Source of the DNA: Octopus vulgaris
Taxonomy: Eukaryota
DNA: 64,000 nt
NCBI GenBank assembly: GCA_951406725.2
Contig: OX597821.1
Location: 38,626,001-38,690,000, forward strand
Direction of reading: 5' to 3'
In this document: in pieces, positions 51,891-64,000 of the stretch
How the letters are laid out: each line of letters opens with the position of its first letter
How positions within the stretch are numbered: position 1 is the first letter of the stretch
Translations under genes and position numbers: made by a program
Notes under the pieces: model-generated
Seen by the model: the letters and a program-made list of their open reading frames with translations, nothing else
Databases searched by the model: none
What the model was told of the DNA's origin: nothing

Positions 51891-53125
51891 ATGTCAAGCA
51901 ACAGACTTTCACATTTATTTTATAACTTTCAATCATTCTTGTAATTTTTTAACTTCTTTTATTTGTTTCAGTCATTTGACTGTGGCCATGCAGGAGCACC
52001 ACTTTTAGTTGAACAAATCGACCCCAAGACTTATTCTTTGTAAGCCTAGTACTTATTCTATCTGTTTCTTTTGACTAAATTACACGGATTTGTAGTATTT
52101 TGTTGGGATTTATCCAAAGAATTGACAGCAAGGTAACTGCGCCTATCAGAATCGTTTACCTTTAAAGTGAGAAAACAAAACCGTTGTATATGACTGGTAT
52201 GTAAAATATATTTCTCTGTACTGCTTTCTCTGTTCATTCAGATAGGCTGTAGAAATTGTTGCATGTGCACACACACAAACACAGAACTTCTCCGGACATT
52301 AAGCCGTTATTTTTAGCATATCGAGTTTCCTGGTGAGGGCTTTACATGCCATGATCCTTTTGCTGTTCCACTATAAACCTACACATGCAGAAATGCAGAA
52401 AACAGCCAGCGGGGTGGGGAATTAAAAAAAAATTTTTTTGTATAATCGTATCAATTCCATTCTGCAGAAGATAGAATCGATAAACTTTTGTAAATATTTG
52501 TAAAAACAAAAAAGTTATGAGGGGTTTTAGTGCGTGCTTACATCATAACTCTGCTGAGTTTTGTTTCCATTAGCGAAAGCTATACGTATGTTTCAGAAAG
52601 CTTCATGCCAGTTTAACTTTATGCAGCAATCACTGTTAGTTTATGTGCTGGCTATGAAGGAAGACAGAATAAAGGGACTTTTGTTAGCTTATCTCTCTGA
52701 AAAAATAGCTCCCTTTGCTGTTGAAAAAAATAACCATGCAGAGGGGAAGTTTCAACGTCTTCCTTCAATTTCATTACACCATTTATGTGGCCATTTCTGA
52801 CAAGAAATCTTGCTTTCATGTAAAACAACTATATTTTGTAGCCATTATCTATAATCTACTCCGAAAACACTTCAGTAGCTCTACTTGGCACCGCTTGCAA
52901 ACTTATATGTTCTATGATCATTAAAGTGCATTGACCTTCCCAATAATCAGCCTTCAATTTCATTTTCCATTCCTAGGTTAATCGGAAACATAGATTACTC
53001 TGCTACTCATAAACCTTCTCGAAAGTTCATATAAGTGAGTATATTTGTGTGTGTGTGTGTTAAATAATATGAGACAACAAAACCAAGACTGTGTGAAATT
53101 TATAGGACATTTATAAAGAGAACAG

Positions 53126-53166
53126 TAGTCTTACTGCTGTTTCTGGGATATCCCTTCATCAGAGAT
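53126..53166 (-). ncRNA. Minimal type-I hammerhead ribozyme
   Basis: Minus: atct-CTGATGA-agggatatccca-GAA-ACAGCAGT-A-agac. Confidence 0.75.
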
Positions 53167-53450
53167 GATATGAGAGAGTTAACTAGAGGGTAATAGTAGA
53201 ATTCAATATATTCACTCGTAATAACAAAATATGAACTCCTATCGAAATCTACATAGCATGGGCTAGAAAGGTTTCCACCCCTTCTACACAGCACTTTCCT
53301 TGGATAATGGAACTACAACTGTAACATCCTACATATATTTTTACTTTTATTTTTATTCTTTATTTCACTTTATACTTCCTATATCCATCCCTTTCGAAAA
53401 TAACTCCTTATGCTGAACTCTACTATTTCCCTCTACTTGACTCTCTCATA

Positions 53451-53502
53451 TAGTTTCTGATGAAGGGATATCCCTAATATCCCAGAAACAGCTGTAAGAC
53501 TA
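53451..53502 (+). ncRNA. Type-I hammerhead ribozyme
   Basis: tagttt-CTGATGA-a-gggatat-cccta-atatccc-a-GAA-ACAGCTGT-A-agacta: intact core, 6-bp stem I, 7-bp stem II and palindromic stem III. Confidence 0.85.
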
Positions 53503-53707
53503 ACATTCTCTTTTTAAATGTCCTATAAATTCCACACAGCCTTGGTTTTGTTGTTTCATTTTATTTAACTTATACATGCTCACACAAGACCTTCATTAGG
53601 ATCCTCACTTGTACTATTATCAAACCGAGAGGTCTAATTACAGTCCTCCCATTCCACTTATACAGCCTTACCTACCATCTTGGGTCTCCTGGAAACCAAT
53701 ACCTCTC

Positions 53708-53760
<53 letters not shown>

Positions 53761-54119
53761 GATATAGATAATATTATATATATATATATAGGTATAGTTA
53801 ATACTATATATTATATATATATAGTGTTACACTTAGAATATCATTACAATATATAACGGTTACAATATACATGTTAAATAACAATAAAATTCACAAATAT
53901 TTTCAGAAACTTCCATATAATATTCTGTAAAGATATTTAAACAACTCAAATTACTAAAATCTAAACTTGGCTTTATGATTCAGTCTTTTAAAAACTGTAA
54001 ATAAATTAAGAAAATTGTCTGGCGCTATTTGAGTTTTTTCTAAATTAATCAATGGATATCTTTTAAAGAATATGATATTCTGCAAAAATGAAATATTAGC
54101 ATTCTCTTGATATTGTCTT

Positions 54120-54680
54120 TTATTTTTACAAGTTACTATTGTCTCACTATGTACCTGTCATATATGTCACTCTCTTCTTTGTTCTACTTTATCTCATTTA
54201 TGAACATATTGAGTCTGGCCTCATCACATCTGGTATTTTCGTTGATCTTTTCCCTTCTGATTACCTTCAACTGGCAGCATATTGTAAGTTTCCATGTGGC
54301 ATGATAACATCTCTCTCAGTGCTGCAGTCTCTTTGGAATATGGCAAATGATGTCTTTAATCCTCTCTCTCATTCACATCCAATGGATCACACTCAACTCA
54401 AGGACGTCATTCACTTTCACTAATCTTCTTCATTCAATATACATATTGTCAACGAGATTACGTTTCTTGTACATACTTCACAGATTCTTCCTCTTTTATT
54501 AGACAACAATCCAACAACTCTCGAAACCTCTTCCTTCCTTTGGTCACAAGATTTTCTCAACCATTCCAAGTATTAAGTCATCTCAATAATATTAATCATC
54601 AGCTATATATTTCACTCCAAAGAGCACTTTTTAGACTTCAATTCCTCAGTGTCCCTATGGCTAGTTAATCCTCCATAAAC
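54120..54680 (-). mobile_element. Heavily decayed Dong-like fragment
   Basis: Minus-strand PKEGRGF (cf. EGGRGL) and purine-rich coding-like composition. Confidence 0.3.
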
Positions 54681-54688
54681 CCTTTCAT

Positions 54689-55200
54689 GGGGTCATGTGG
54701 CTTAGTGGGTAGGGTGCTGCAATCATGATTGCAAGACTGTGTTTGATTCCTGGGCTGAGCAGGGTGTTAAGCAAAACAATTCGTCTCACACTGTTCTGCA
54801 ATCACTTCAACATCTTATTTTTTTATTACCCACAAGGGGCTAAACGTAGAGTGGACAAACAAGGACAGACAAAGGGATTAAGTCAATTACATCAACCCCA
54901 GTGCATAACTGGTACTTAGTTTATTGACCCCAAAAGGATGAAAAGCAAAGTTGGCCTCGGCGGAATTTGAACTCAGAATGTAACAGCAGATGAAATACGG
55001 CAAAGCATTTCACCCGGCATGCTAACGTTTCTGCCAGCACGCTACCTTGTACATCTGACATGTAACACATTGTGCACCTGTATGGGGAATGTCAATTTGA
55101 TGGAGTGAGTGAGCTAGCACAAACATCACAAGCATTTGATTGCTATAGACAAATCATCTGTGCAGCTTGTTTAGCAAGAAGGTTGCAGGACTGCCTTTTG
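54689..55200 (+). mobile_element. Old tRNA-derived SINE interrupted by a family C SINE (54816-55050) with a 6-bp target-site duplication
   Basis: TGGCTTAGTGG A box and GTTTGATTCC B box; ACATCT is duplicated at 54810-54815 and 55051-55056. Confidence 0.7.
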
Positions 55201-55607
55201 AAGATTGAGAGGTTACAATCAAAAACCCTAGCCCTAAATCCACCTAATTATATATCAACTTGCATGAAGTATTGTTTGAGCACCAATTTATTGGTGTTGA
55301 GTGCACAGTATTGAGTTCTTATCTCATCTTGCACATTGAGCAAGACCACTTCCTAGAAGAAAGTGAAATTTTATATTTTGATACCAATTAGCAATATGTT
55401 GATTTTTTTTGTTTTATTTTTCTATTCTGACTTTTAGACTTTTAAGATTGAAGACAATTTTTCAATGTTTGATATGTTCTTCTGCTGTCCCTCAGACTGT
55501 TCCATTCTGAGAATCAGATTGTCTACATATAACAGTTTCCAAATAGCATCCATTCCTGGCTGCTGTCTGTCTCTCTGTATATATACATACACACATATAA
55601 ACATATG

Positions 55608-55661
<54 letters not shown>

Positions 55662-55958
55662 CCGCTCTTACACAAACAATTTAAAGGCAAGAATCTTGTC
55701 TGGTTCAATATCCCATACAACTGGCATTATCCAAAAACATATATAGAAAATTTATAGCTATTTTAGAAAAAAACTTCCCTACTTCCCATAGATATAATAG
55801 AATCTTTTCACCTAAGAGAGTTAGAATCTCATAATCTTCTCTCCCCAATATAGGTACCATCATAGCTAGATTAAATAGGAAGAATATAAAATTAGATAGA
55901 ATTGTTGAAAATAATAATGATAATAATGATAATAATGATAATAATGATAATAATAATG

Positions 55959-56008
<50 letters not shown>

Positions 56009-56009
56009 T

Positions 56010-57520
56010 ACCAATACCGGGTTTCAGTCCTGATTATAATAAGCTAAATAAGTTAATTAACAATTTTTAACTCATAATACTTTAATATATACATTTTCTA
56101 TAAATACTTGCTATTGAAGATAATAGTGTATGGATATTTTATTATGCTTTTTAGTGATTATTCTTTTTCTATGATGCTCTACCCTAACTGATCATTTTAT
56201 TATTATTATTATTAGTTTATAGTAGCCTTAAATAAATCTAATCTTTGTACCCCTATTAATTCGTACTCAGTTTATATATAATGGTAATACCGGTATCTCA
56301 ACAACTTAAAATAGTTCAAATTAATTAAATCAGTATATAGTTAACATGTTCTTTCACCTCAATTGCTCCCTAATTAAATACCAGTTAAATCCAATTAATC
56401 AATCTCCATAGAAACCATATAATAAGTTAATATTTAGATAAGTAATAAGTAAATAAATATTAAATTATTTCTTTGCAATTTTCTTTTCCTCCCTCTATTG
56501 TGGTAAAATTTGGTATACACTCAAAATATTCAAAGAAATTTTGTCCTTTTGTTATAATTTCATTCTTAATAATCTTCTTGATTACCTTAAATTTTAACTT
56601 TATACAATAAGACAATATTGCTTGAAATGATCTTTAGAAGTTACTTGATTTATCTCTTTCTTAAATGGCTCTACCCTCCTGATCTTAGTATTTATAAGGG
56701 CCTTTATATAAATAACCCTTCTAAACAAGTACCACTAAGAAACTATAAATATCATGTAGGGAGTAACAATAATAACTTCTTAAACCTATAATATAACCCT
56801 TAGTTTTTAAAAAAATATTAGTGTAAAATATGATTGTTCCATAGCTTAAATATTCCTTTAGCTGATACCAGACATCAGTCTTTTATTGATATTAGCTAAA
56901 TAAGTAAATATATAACTTTTAGTCTAATATACTTTGAATTATTATACTTTTTCTAAAACTCTTCTCTATTGATGTTAATAAGCTACATATAATTTACCAT
57001 AGTATTAGTAATTGAGCTATTTTATTTCCTTTTCTATGGTGTTCTGCCCTACTTGATTATTTTATTTTATTTCTTTATTATTTTATACTTAGCCTTTATT
57101 TATTTATAAAATTAATCTAATTTTTGTATCTCTATAAATTCATACTTAGCTTATATATAACTATACTGGTATATTCACTACTTATAAAAAAAACTGCTTA
57201 GATTATAATTTTATTAATATATAATTAGCATGTTCTTTTACCCCAATACTCTTTTATTAATACCAGTATATATCCAATTAATCAATATTCCCAGACACCA
57301 TCTGATGAGTTAGTATTTAAGTGTACAATATGTATAAATATTAAACTATTTCTGGATAATTTCTTTTCCTCCCTCTATTATGATAAAGGTTTGGTATATA
57401 CTCAAAAGTATTCATAAATTTCTATCCTTTTGTTATAATATTCTTAATAATCCACTGAATAACCCTAAACTTTAACTGTATACAATATAGCAATACTGTT
57501 TAAAATATTTAACTATAGTA
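56010..57520. repeat. Diverged direct tandem duplication, period ~850-880 bp, CpA/TpG-poor
   Basis: Anchors: AGCTAAATAAGT (56042/56894), CCAATTAATCAAT (56391/57273), TTTCTTTTCCTCCCTCTATT (56480/57360), TCCTTTTGTTATAAT (56544/57425). Confidence 0.85.
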
Positions 57521-58567
57521 CTACATGATAAGAGTTCCCCTGTTTCATTATCAATGGCCTGCTAGTGGGCGACCCCCTTAATTGTCAGCTAACATCTTGT
57601 TTTAAGTTTTCCTTTACCAAACCTCATGATATTGCGTCTAATAAATCTTGATTTTTATGATTATACCAACTATGATGTCTGTCTGCTCCCTCAGCCCTAC
57701 CCCTAACAGATACTGCCCTCTGTTCTCTCAGCCTTAGAAAAACAAGGGATTTGATATACTAGTCTATAAATTAAAACCAACCCCATAAAAGCAAAAATAT
57801 CAGTGACAGGCAGAGTCTGTAATAATGTATATCTTCTTGAAAACTTAGTAACTTCTATGCTGGAGTGAGACAGCATGTTTTTTGTCTATCTCCTCCTCCT
57901 TGGAGATTTTAGGTATAATTATATTAATGTGTCCATCTGTTCTAATTTAATCAAATTTTATGTCTTTGTGCAGCTGAAGATTGCTCTGCATTTCAATTTG
58001 ATGTAATGATTGCATTGTTCAATTAACTGGAGTTGCATGAAACGATCATACTACATTACCTCTGGATATCCTTGCTGCTTATTTTGATTTATGTATGTAT
58101 GTATGTATGTATGTGTATATATGTATGTATATATATATATATGTATATACATATATACACATGCATGTGGGTGTATATATATATATATATATGTATATAC
58201 ATATACATACATGTATGTATATGCCCATACACACACACATGTCTATACTGCACCTTTTTAACAATTTATCTCCAACTCACATATTATGTATTACCATCAT
58301 GAACTATTAAACAACTAAATGGTCGGAGTCAGAATACAAATGAATGTCTAATTTCTTCAAAAATATTTTCTATGCAGTTTTTTTCTCTCTTTTATTTATT
58401 TATTTTTCAATAAATTTGCATTTCTTTCTATTTTTCCTTTTTTTTATATATATAATTTGTGAATATAGATTAGAGGTAGAAATTAACCAAACAAAACACA
58501 GAGCCTTGTGAGTGATAGTAAGAGTAAGAGCAAATGCTGATTGATTTAACTCTCCTCCTCCTCCTCC

Positions 58568-58600
<33 letters not shown>

Positions 58601-59591
58601 GTGCTGTTTTTATTATCATAATCAACATCACTGTTCTCATTATTATGGCATGTGGACTGGTCAGTTGTATGTAGGGACACAAAAAAGAAGAAGAAGAATG
58701 TTATGATGTGATGTCTTCCACAGTTACAATGTGTGGCCAATGTTGTGACTATATCTGTTCCATCTACTCTAGTAGCCCCGATATTTTCTTGGCATCAGAT
58801 ACAGTGTATCTCTTCTATACCAAAATAGTAATACACTACTTCGTCTAACATGCTATCGCTGATAGCTCTGTAAGACACTAAATTTGAACCGTCTACCTTG
58901 ACTGTGACTTGAACTTGACTATAGCAGATAACTGACACTTAACTCCAACTAAGAACTCATACAATGACTCTACGACTGACAGATGATTCACCATACTAGT
59001 TGACATCTTCTCACTTTATAGTGGTTGGTTCATACCACATATCCTGGGGGAGGGGTGTACCATTTCCACTACAACAAAGAAGAAGAAGAAATTTATAATT
59101 AACGAATAATATTGATGACGACTATTGTTCTCATTTAATTCCATCATCATCATCCTCAACTTCATGAAAATCATTGTTGTAGCAATAATGTGATAATCAG
59201 GAATACTACTGACTGAACTAAAACTATGAGCAACTATATTTACGAATGATGGCTATGCCAGTCGTCAATCATATCAACATCCCTCTTCTTCCTCTTCTTC
59301 CTCCACTTCACCACCACCACTACTACCACCAGCACTACCATCACAACCCTCATCACCATCATCATCATCATCATCATCTTCAACTCCATCATTGCCCTGC
59401 TTGTTATTATGCTGACAATAAATGTATCATGAGCAGCATGATGACTTCTGTGAGACGGTGAAGCCTGCTGCCAACTGACCATTCGAGATTATTTGCAACA
59501 ATTCTCCAAAGCCTCTTGCACTAATCACTTGAGTGTATCTCAGCAAAATGAAAGATGAGACGGAACTGGATAAACTTCAACCAAAAGCCGA

Positions 59592-60793
59592 TTATGGATA
59601 TTTGTCTGGGAATGGGTAGAATTTCAATGTTATTCTCTGCCTAACAAACAAACAAAATGATTTTTAATTGTTATTGTGTTAGATGATAATCCTTAATCTT
59701 TTCTAATCTCTCTGGTGGTCAATTAGAAATTTTTACAATAACACACACATTAATTGTACAAGAACTGATCAATCTAAAAGAAGAGGTTGGAACTTAAAAT
59801 GCTTGGTTTCTCTTCCAAGGGTCAGGAATTAAATAAGGGTAAATATAGTGTCACAACAAGCAAGGAAACTATCAGGTTCCAAATATCTACTGTGGCATTC
59901 AATTTTTTGAAATATTCCAAAAATCGATTTCATTGCTGAAATATTTATCTTTATATATGTAAGCTGTAAGTTTTTTGAAAGACAATCACAGCATTCATAT
60001 GTGTGTGTGACTCGCTAACTTTTATGCAGAAGAAATGACAGCCAAATCTCCCACCACCAACTTAAGAAAAGCAAAGGATATCTTGAGAAATGACACTGAC
60101 AAGATGGGCAGGCATGGCTGGAATGTCATAGGTCAGCTGAATCATGGTTTACTTGTAGACTAAACAACAATAATAACACTACTATATGCTTTTTATTTTA
60201 TTTTTATCTTTATTTTGCTATTTCCATATAAATAATTCTTCAAAACCCTTGCAGCTTATATCCAGCTGTAGGTTAGATCTTATGTACACACTTTGTCTAT
60301 CTCAGAACAAACTTTCATTTAACCTTTTTGATACCAGCACACCTGCGACTACCCCAGTTCTTTGATACAAATTCCATATCTTAAAATGATCAAATTCAAA
60401 GCTTCATCAAAATTTCATGTTATTTTGTTCCAAACACCAGCTTAATAATGACAATTATTCTACCAAATTCTTCAATGGTTTCAAAATTAATTGAAACGAA
60501 AGCAATGCAAGCAAAAGAGTTAATGTCTTGGTTTGGCAGCGCTTTTGGAAATGATTAGTTTTTCACATTCACATCGGAGGATTTAAAGGTCTTTGTTTTT
60601 ATGGAACTTGTGTAAGTCTGATACAGTGTGTCCAGTTTGCTTGTGAATAACACCCAGTGAGTAGAAGATGAATGATAATTAAAGTGATACTCTGTGTGTA
60701 TGTTTGAGTGTGTGTGTGTGGTTAGAAGTAACAATACATGAGAGAAACTATCTGTGTTACATATTCTTTCGATTGAACTTGTATTTGTGGTCA
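59592..60793 (-). other. Candidate last two exons of an unidentified minus-strand transcript (60793-60761 and from 59640 downward)
   Basis: Acceptors ttgtcttttattcctttctcag and ttttgtttgtttgttag. The 33-nt exon joins in frame to give DHKYKFNRKNMQRITLKFYPFPDKYP*. The donor AT|gtaaca is weak. Confidence 0.3.
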
Positions 60794-60829
60794 CTGAGAA
60801 AGGAATAAAAGACAATAAATACATGGTTT

Positions 60830-61750
60830 CTTACAACTGGAAGATCCTGGAGGGAGACTAAGAGGACAGTGTTTGCTGTTGTGGCTAAGAAAAGTAAACC
60901 CAAAGGGAGAAATAAGACATCCCTGGTAATTGAAATTGTGAGAGGAAATGTGATAGGACAAAACAAGAAGTAGTCTGTTGAATAAAGGACAAAGTGTTGG
61001 GTCACAGTTTTGGAAAACTTGTGGACATTATTAAGGACAACGAGGAGATGTTTTGGGAAAAGTCATCTAAATTAATATTTGTTGTGTCTACTTTCAAACA
61101 CCACATTGCAGAACTTGCAAGCAATGCTCATAAATACAACTGATGACACTGCAATTGTTAAGGAAATGAAACTGGGATTAGGGTTCAGCTGTGACTGTGG
61201 TGTTAGGGATAAATGAGTTGGCAGGGCTTCTGAGATTTAATTTATTTGGATTATAGAAAAGTTCTTGATCATAAGGTTTTGGAGATCATTGCCAGTTTTG
61301 AGAATGATTGTAACAATTAGAAATCCTGCTTGCTGTGGGTCAGAGAGTAAAGATTGGTGGCTACCAAAGTGCATTGTCAAATAAGAATTATCAAATATAA
61401 GGTAATAGGAGAATGGGAGACAGTTTGTAGACTTAGGGGTTTGGGGCAGGGGTGCAGTAGTTCTGTTTAGAATTTCAATTCAACAGAGAACACAACTAAA
61501 TGTATGAAAGATGAGGGTTTTTTTGTTTTCAACTGCAGCTGCCAAATAAATGGGAGAATTAGCAGAGGTGGCAGTTTTTGTCCATTGTGGGGCAAGAAGA
61601 AGAATACTTATGGTAAAAGTGATTATGTGTTGGTTAGTTTTGTTTAACCACAAGTCAGCCTTTATCATACAATTCCTTCATCAAAAACAATCTAGTTAGA
61701 CACCCAGCACTTTTGCTTCAAGCCTTCAAACAACATCATCCAATGTGTTC
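60830..61750 (-). mobile_element. Decayed CR1/L2-type RT fragment
   Basis: Minus-strand remnants ..PILLLPY..NLYS..PQQAGF and NVHKFSKTVTQHFV (cf. GVPQGS.LGP.LF); pyrimidine-rich sense strand. Confidence 0.4.
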
Positions 61751-62174
61751 TTCCTTTCTTGAAAATGTTAAGATACTAAAACTCTACCAATATACTTTTC
61801 TGCTCTAGGCCTGAAATTTTGGGGAGGGGGCCAGTTAATTAGATTGACCCCCAGTATGCAACTGGTACTTAATTTATCGACCCTGAAAGGATGAAAGACA
61901 AAGTCGACCTTGGCAGAATTTGAATTCAGTATATAAAGACAGATGAAATACCGCTAAACATTTTCACCTGGCATACTAACATGAGAATAGAGAGACATAA
62001 AGAGAAAAGTTGTTGATAGGGATGTCAATCATTCTGCTCAAGGTGCAGACAGCTGATCAATAAATCAATGTAAAAATATATTGATGGGTCTTTCTTCTAA
62101 ATAATTCACCCCATTTGACATGGCCAATTAACTCTCTTTTCACTGAAACATTTCTTTTCATTTACCTTTTCCAT

Positions 62175-62227
<53 letters not shown>

Positions 62228-62284
62228 GCATACATTATCTATATGTATATATAGGTACAAATATGTAAATACACATATGTACAC

Positions 62285-62326
<42 letters not shown>

Positions 62327-62867
62327 ATGTATCTATATGTATATGAGTGTGTGTGTGTGTGTGTGTGTGTGCGTGTGTGTGCGTGCACACAAAGAATGCA
62401 TGGCTGACCATTAGGAAATACTACCCTTCTTGAAAAAAGGTGACAGCTGGCAACAAGAAGGGTATCCAGTCATACGAAATCCACCTCAACAAAATTCCAT
62501 CTGACCCATGCAAGCATGGAGAAGTGGATGTTTAGAGTGAAGAAGATATTAAACATATGACACTGTACTACAACAGTGTTTTCATATAATATAGTGATAT
62601 TAAATGTAATTTGCCTTTGTCCATGTGGATAAAAAGTACATTGCTGTCTCATTTTGTTGTTGAACACATTTAACCTGCTAGAAACAGTAGTCAACTCTCA
62701 CCTAAATCACACTCTATCATCTCAGAAAAGACATACACATTGGATATTGTGGTTGTGGGTAGACTTTAAAGAGGGAAAAGACAGGGTGGCCATGGCTAGT
62801 ATATTTTCGATCATAGGTCGGCTCAGGTTTGTTTTGAATCAGCGACAACAACAACAGCAGCAGCAGC

Positions 62868-62904
<37 letters not shown>

Positions 62905-63084
62905 GCAGCAGCAGCAGCAACGACTACATATCTTGCTGTAAACATCAAGAAATATTGTAATTTAACAAAAATATAGAATTTAAAACAAAATATTAAATTA
63001 AAGTTTTAAAAATATAGAATTAAGAAAAAAATCTATGAAAAATTATTTAATATGTTTGAGTAATGGCTACTGAATATTCTCAAC

Positions 63085-63259
63085 TTAGGAAGGGCATCCA
63101 GCCGTAGATTGGCATTAGGAAGGGCATCCAGCCGTAGAAACATTGCCAGATCAAACTGGGCCTGGTGCAGCCTTCTGGCTTCCCAGACCCCAGTTGAACC
63201 ATCCAACCCATGCTAGCATGGAAAGCGGACGCTAAACGATGATGATGATGATGATGATG
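63085..63259 (+). mobile_element. Family A RTE-tail element with a 30-bp duplicated 5' junction
   Basis: TTAGGAAGGGCATCCAGCCGTAGA appears twice in tandem; ends in (GAT)n. Confidence 0.9.
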
Positions 63260-63559
63260 TATCTTTATCTATCTTTTATATTTTACTTGCTTCAGTCATT
63301 AGAATGCGGCCAAGCTGGAGCGTCACCTTGAAGAATTTTAGTCGAACGACTTGACCCCAGGATTTATTGTTTTAAAAACTGGTTCTTATTCTATTGGTCA
63401 CTTTTGCTATGTTACAGGGGGATATAAACGTATCAATGCTGGTAGTAAAGCAGTGTTAGGGGCCAAACACACGCACACACACACAGGCACACACACATAT
63501 ACACACACATATATGTACACAACACACACACATGCATATGAATATATATATATATACTA

Positions 63560-63872
63560 TCCAAAATGGGGCCAATGCCAATACCCCCTGACTGGCTCCC
63601 ATGATGGTGGCACATAAAAAGCACTATCCGAATGTGGTCGATGCCAGGCCTGCCTGACTGGCTCCTGTGCTGGTGGCATGTAAAAAAGCACCCACCACAT
63701 TCTTTGAGTGGTTGGCATTAGGAAGGGCATCCAGCCGTAGAAACATTGCCAAATCAGATTGGAGCCTGGTGCAGCCTCCCAGCTTGCCAGTTCTCAGTCA
63801 ACCTGTCCAACCCATGTCAGCATGGAAAATGGACGTTAAATGATGATGATGATGATGACGATGATGATGATG
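63560..63872 (+). mobile_element. Family A RTE-tail element
   Basis: Two GGTGGCA..TAAAAAGCAC modules, conserved core and (GAT)n tail. Confidence 0.9.
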
Positions 63873-64000
63873 GACTTTTTTCAGTTTCTGTCTAAAAAAT
63901 CCACTCATAATGCTTCTTACCACACAACCATGCTAGTACCTAAGGACAAGATTTGCTATAAATATCCCTGTAAAAAATGGGTTCGCTTGGAAGATTATCA

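Larger units (their letters stand above)
53060..53705. mobile_element. Second palindromic hammerhead element: diverged ~150-bp inverted arms
   Basis: 53060-53210 versus 53409-53569 (e.g. ATATGAGAGAGTTAACTAGAGGG / CCCTCTACTTGACTCTCTCATAT; TTTATAGGACATTTA / TAAATGTCCTATAAA). The right side extends to (TA)n at ~53706. Confidence 0.85.

Noticed and set aside
57302-57355. Hammerhead core CTGATGAG in the duplicated unit
   Set aside because: There is no GAAA or convincing stems I/III downstream, and the paralogous copy lacks the core.
55745-57520. NUMT explanation for the TA-rich block
   Set aside because: No mitochondrial protein, rRNA or tRNA motif was recognised by eye; not formally excluded without BLAST.
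62654-62941. Poly-Q ORF
   Set aside because: A CAA/CAG microsatellite with a non-ATG start and no other coding evidence on this strand.

Overview
AT-rich, microsatellite-saturated animal genomic DNA. The repeat families and the (TA)n/(CA)n/(TACA)n/(TAA)n/(CAT)n load suggest a cephalopod, most likely Octopus (inference). No complete protein-coding gene is visible, and most ORFs in the track are microsatellite artefacts. The window is mostly retroelement relics: an RTE LINE with a PHD-like finger inside its RT plus many copies of its 3' tail, a head-to-tail stack of R4/Dong-clade elements in (TAA)n, a Penelope-like GIY-YIG element and three or four tRNA-derived SINE families. Decayed pogo, mariner, hAT and CR1/L2 pieces are also present. 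The most notable observations are: (1) several unrelated palindromic (fold-back) non-coding elements whose arms carry minimal type-I hammerhead ribozymes, including a 436-bp inverted repeat with no mismatch seen by eye, plus at least six more hammerhead relics; (2) a ~870-bp tandem duplication with a RIP-like CpA/TpG-depleted, TpA-rich signature; (3) an intronless BBS2 N-terminal fragment next to a mariner 5' end, about 3 kb from a near-canonical RFX X-box; (4) candidate minus-strand exons. All calls are by eye and coordinates of decayed elements are approximate.
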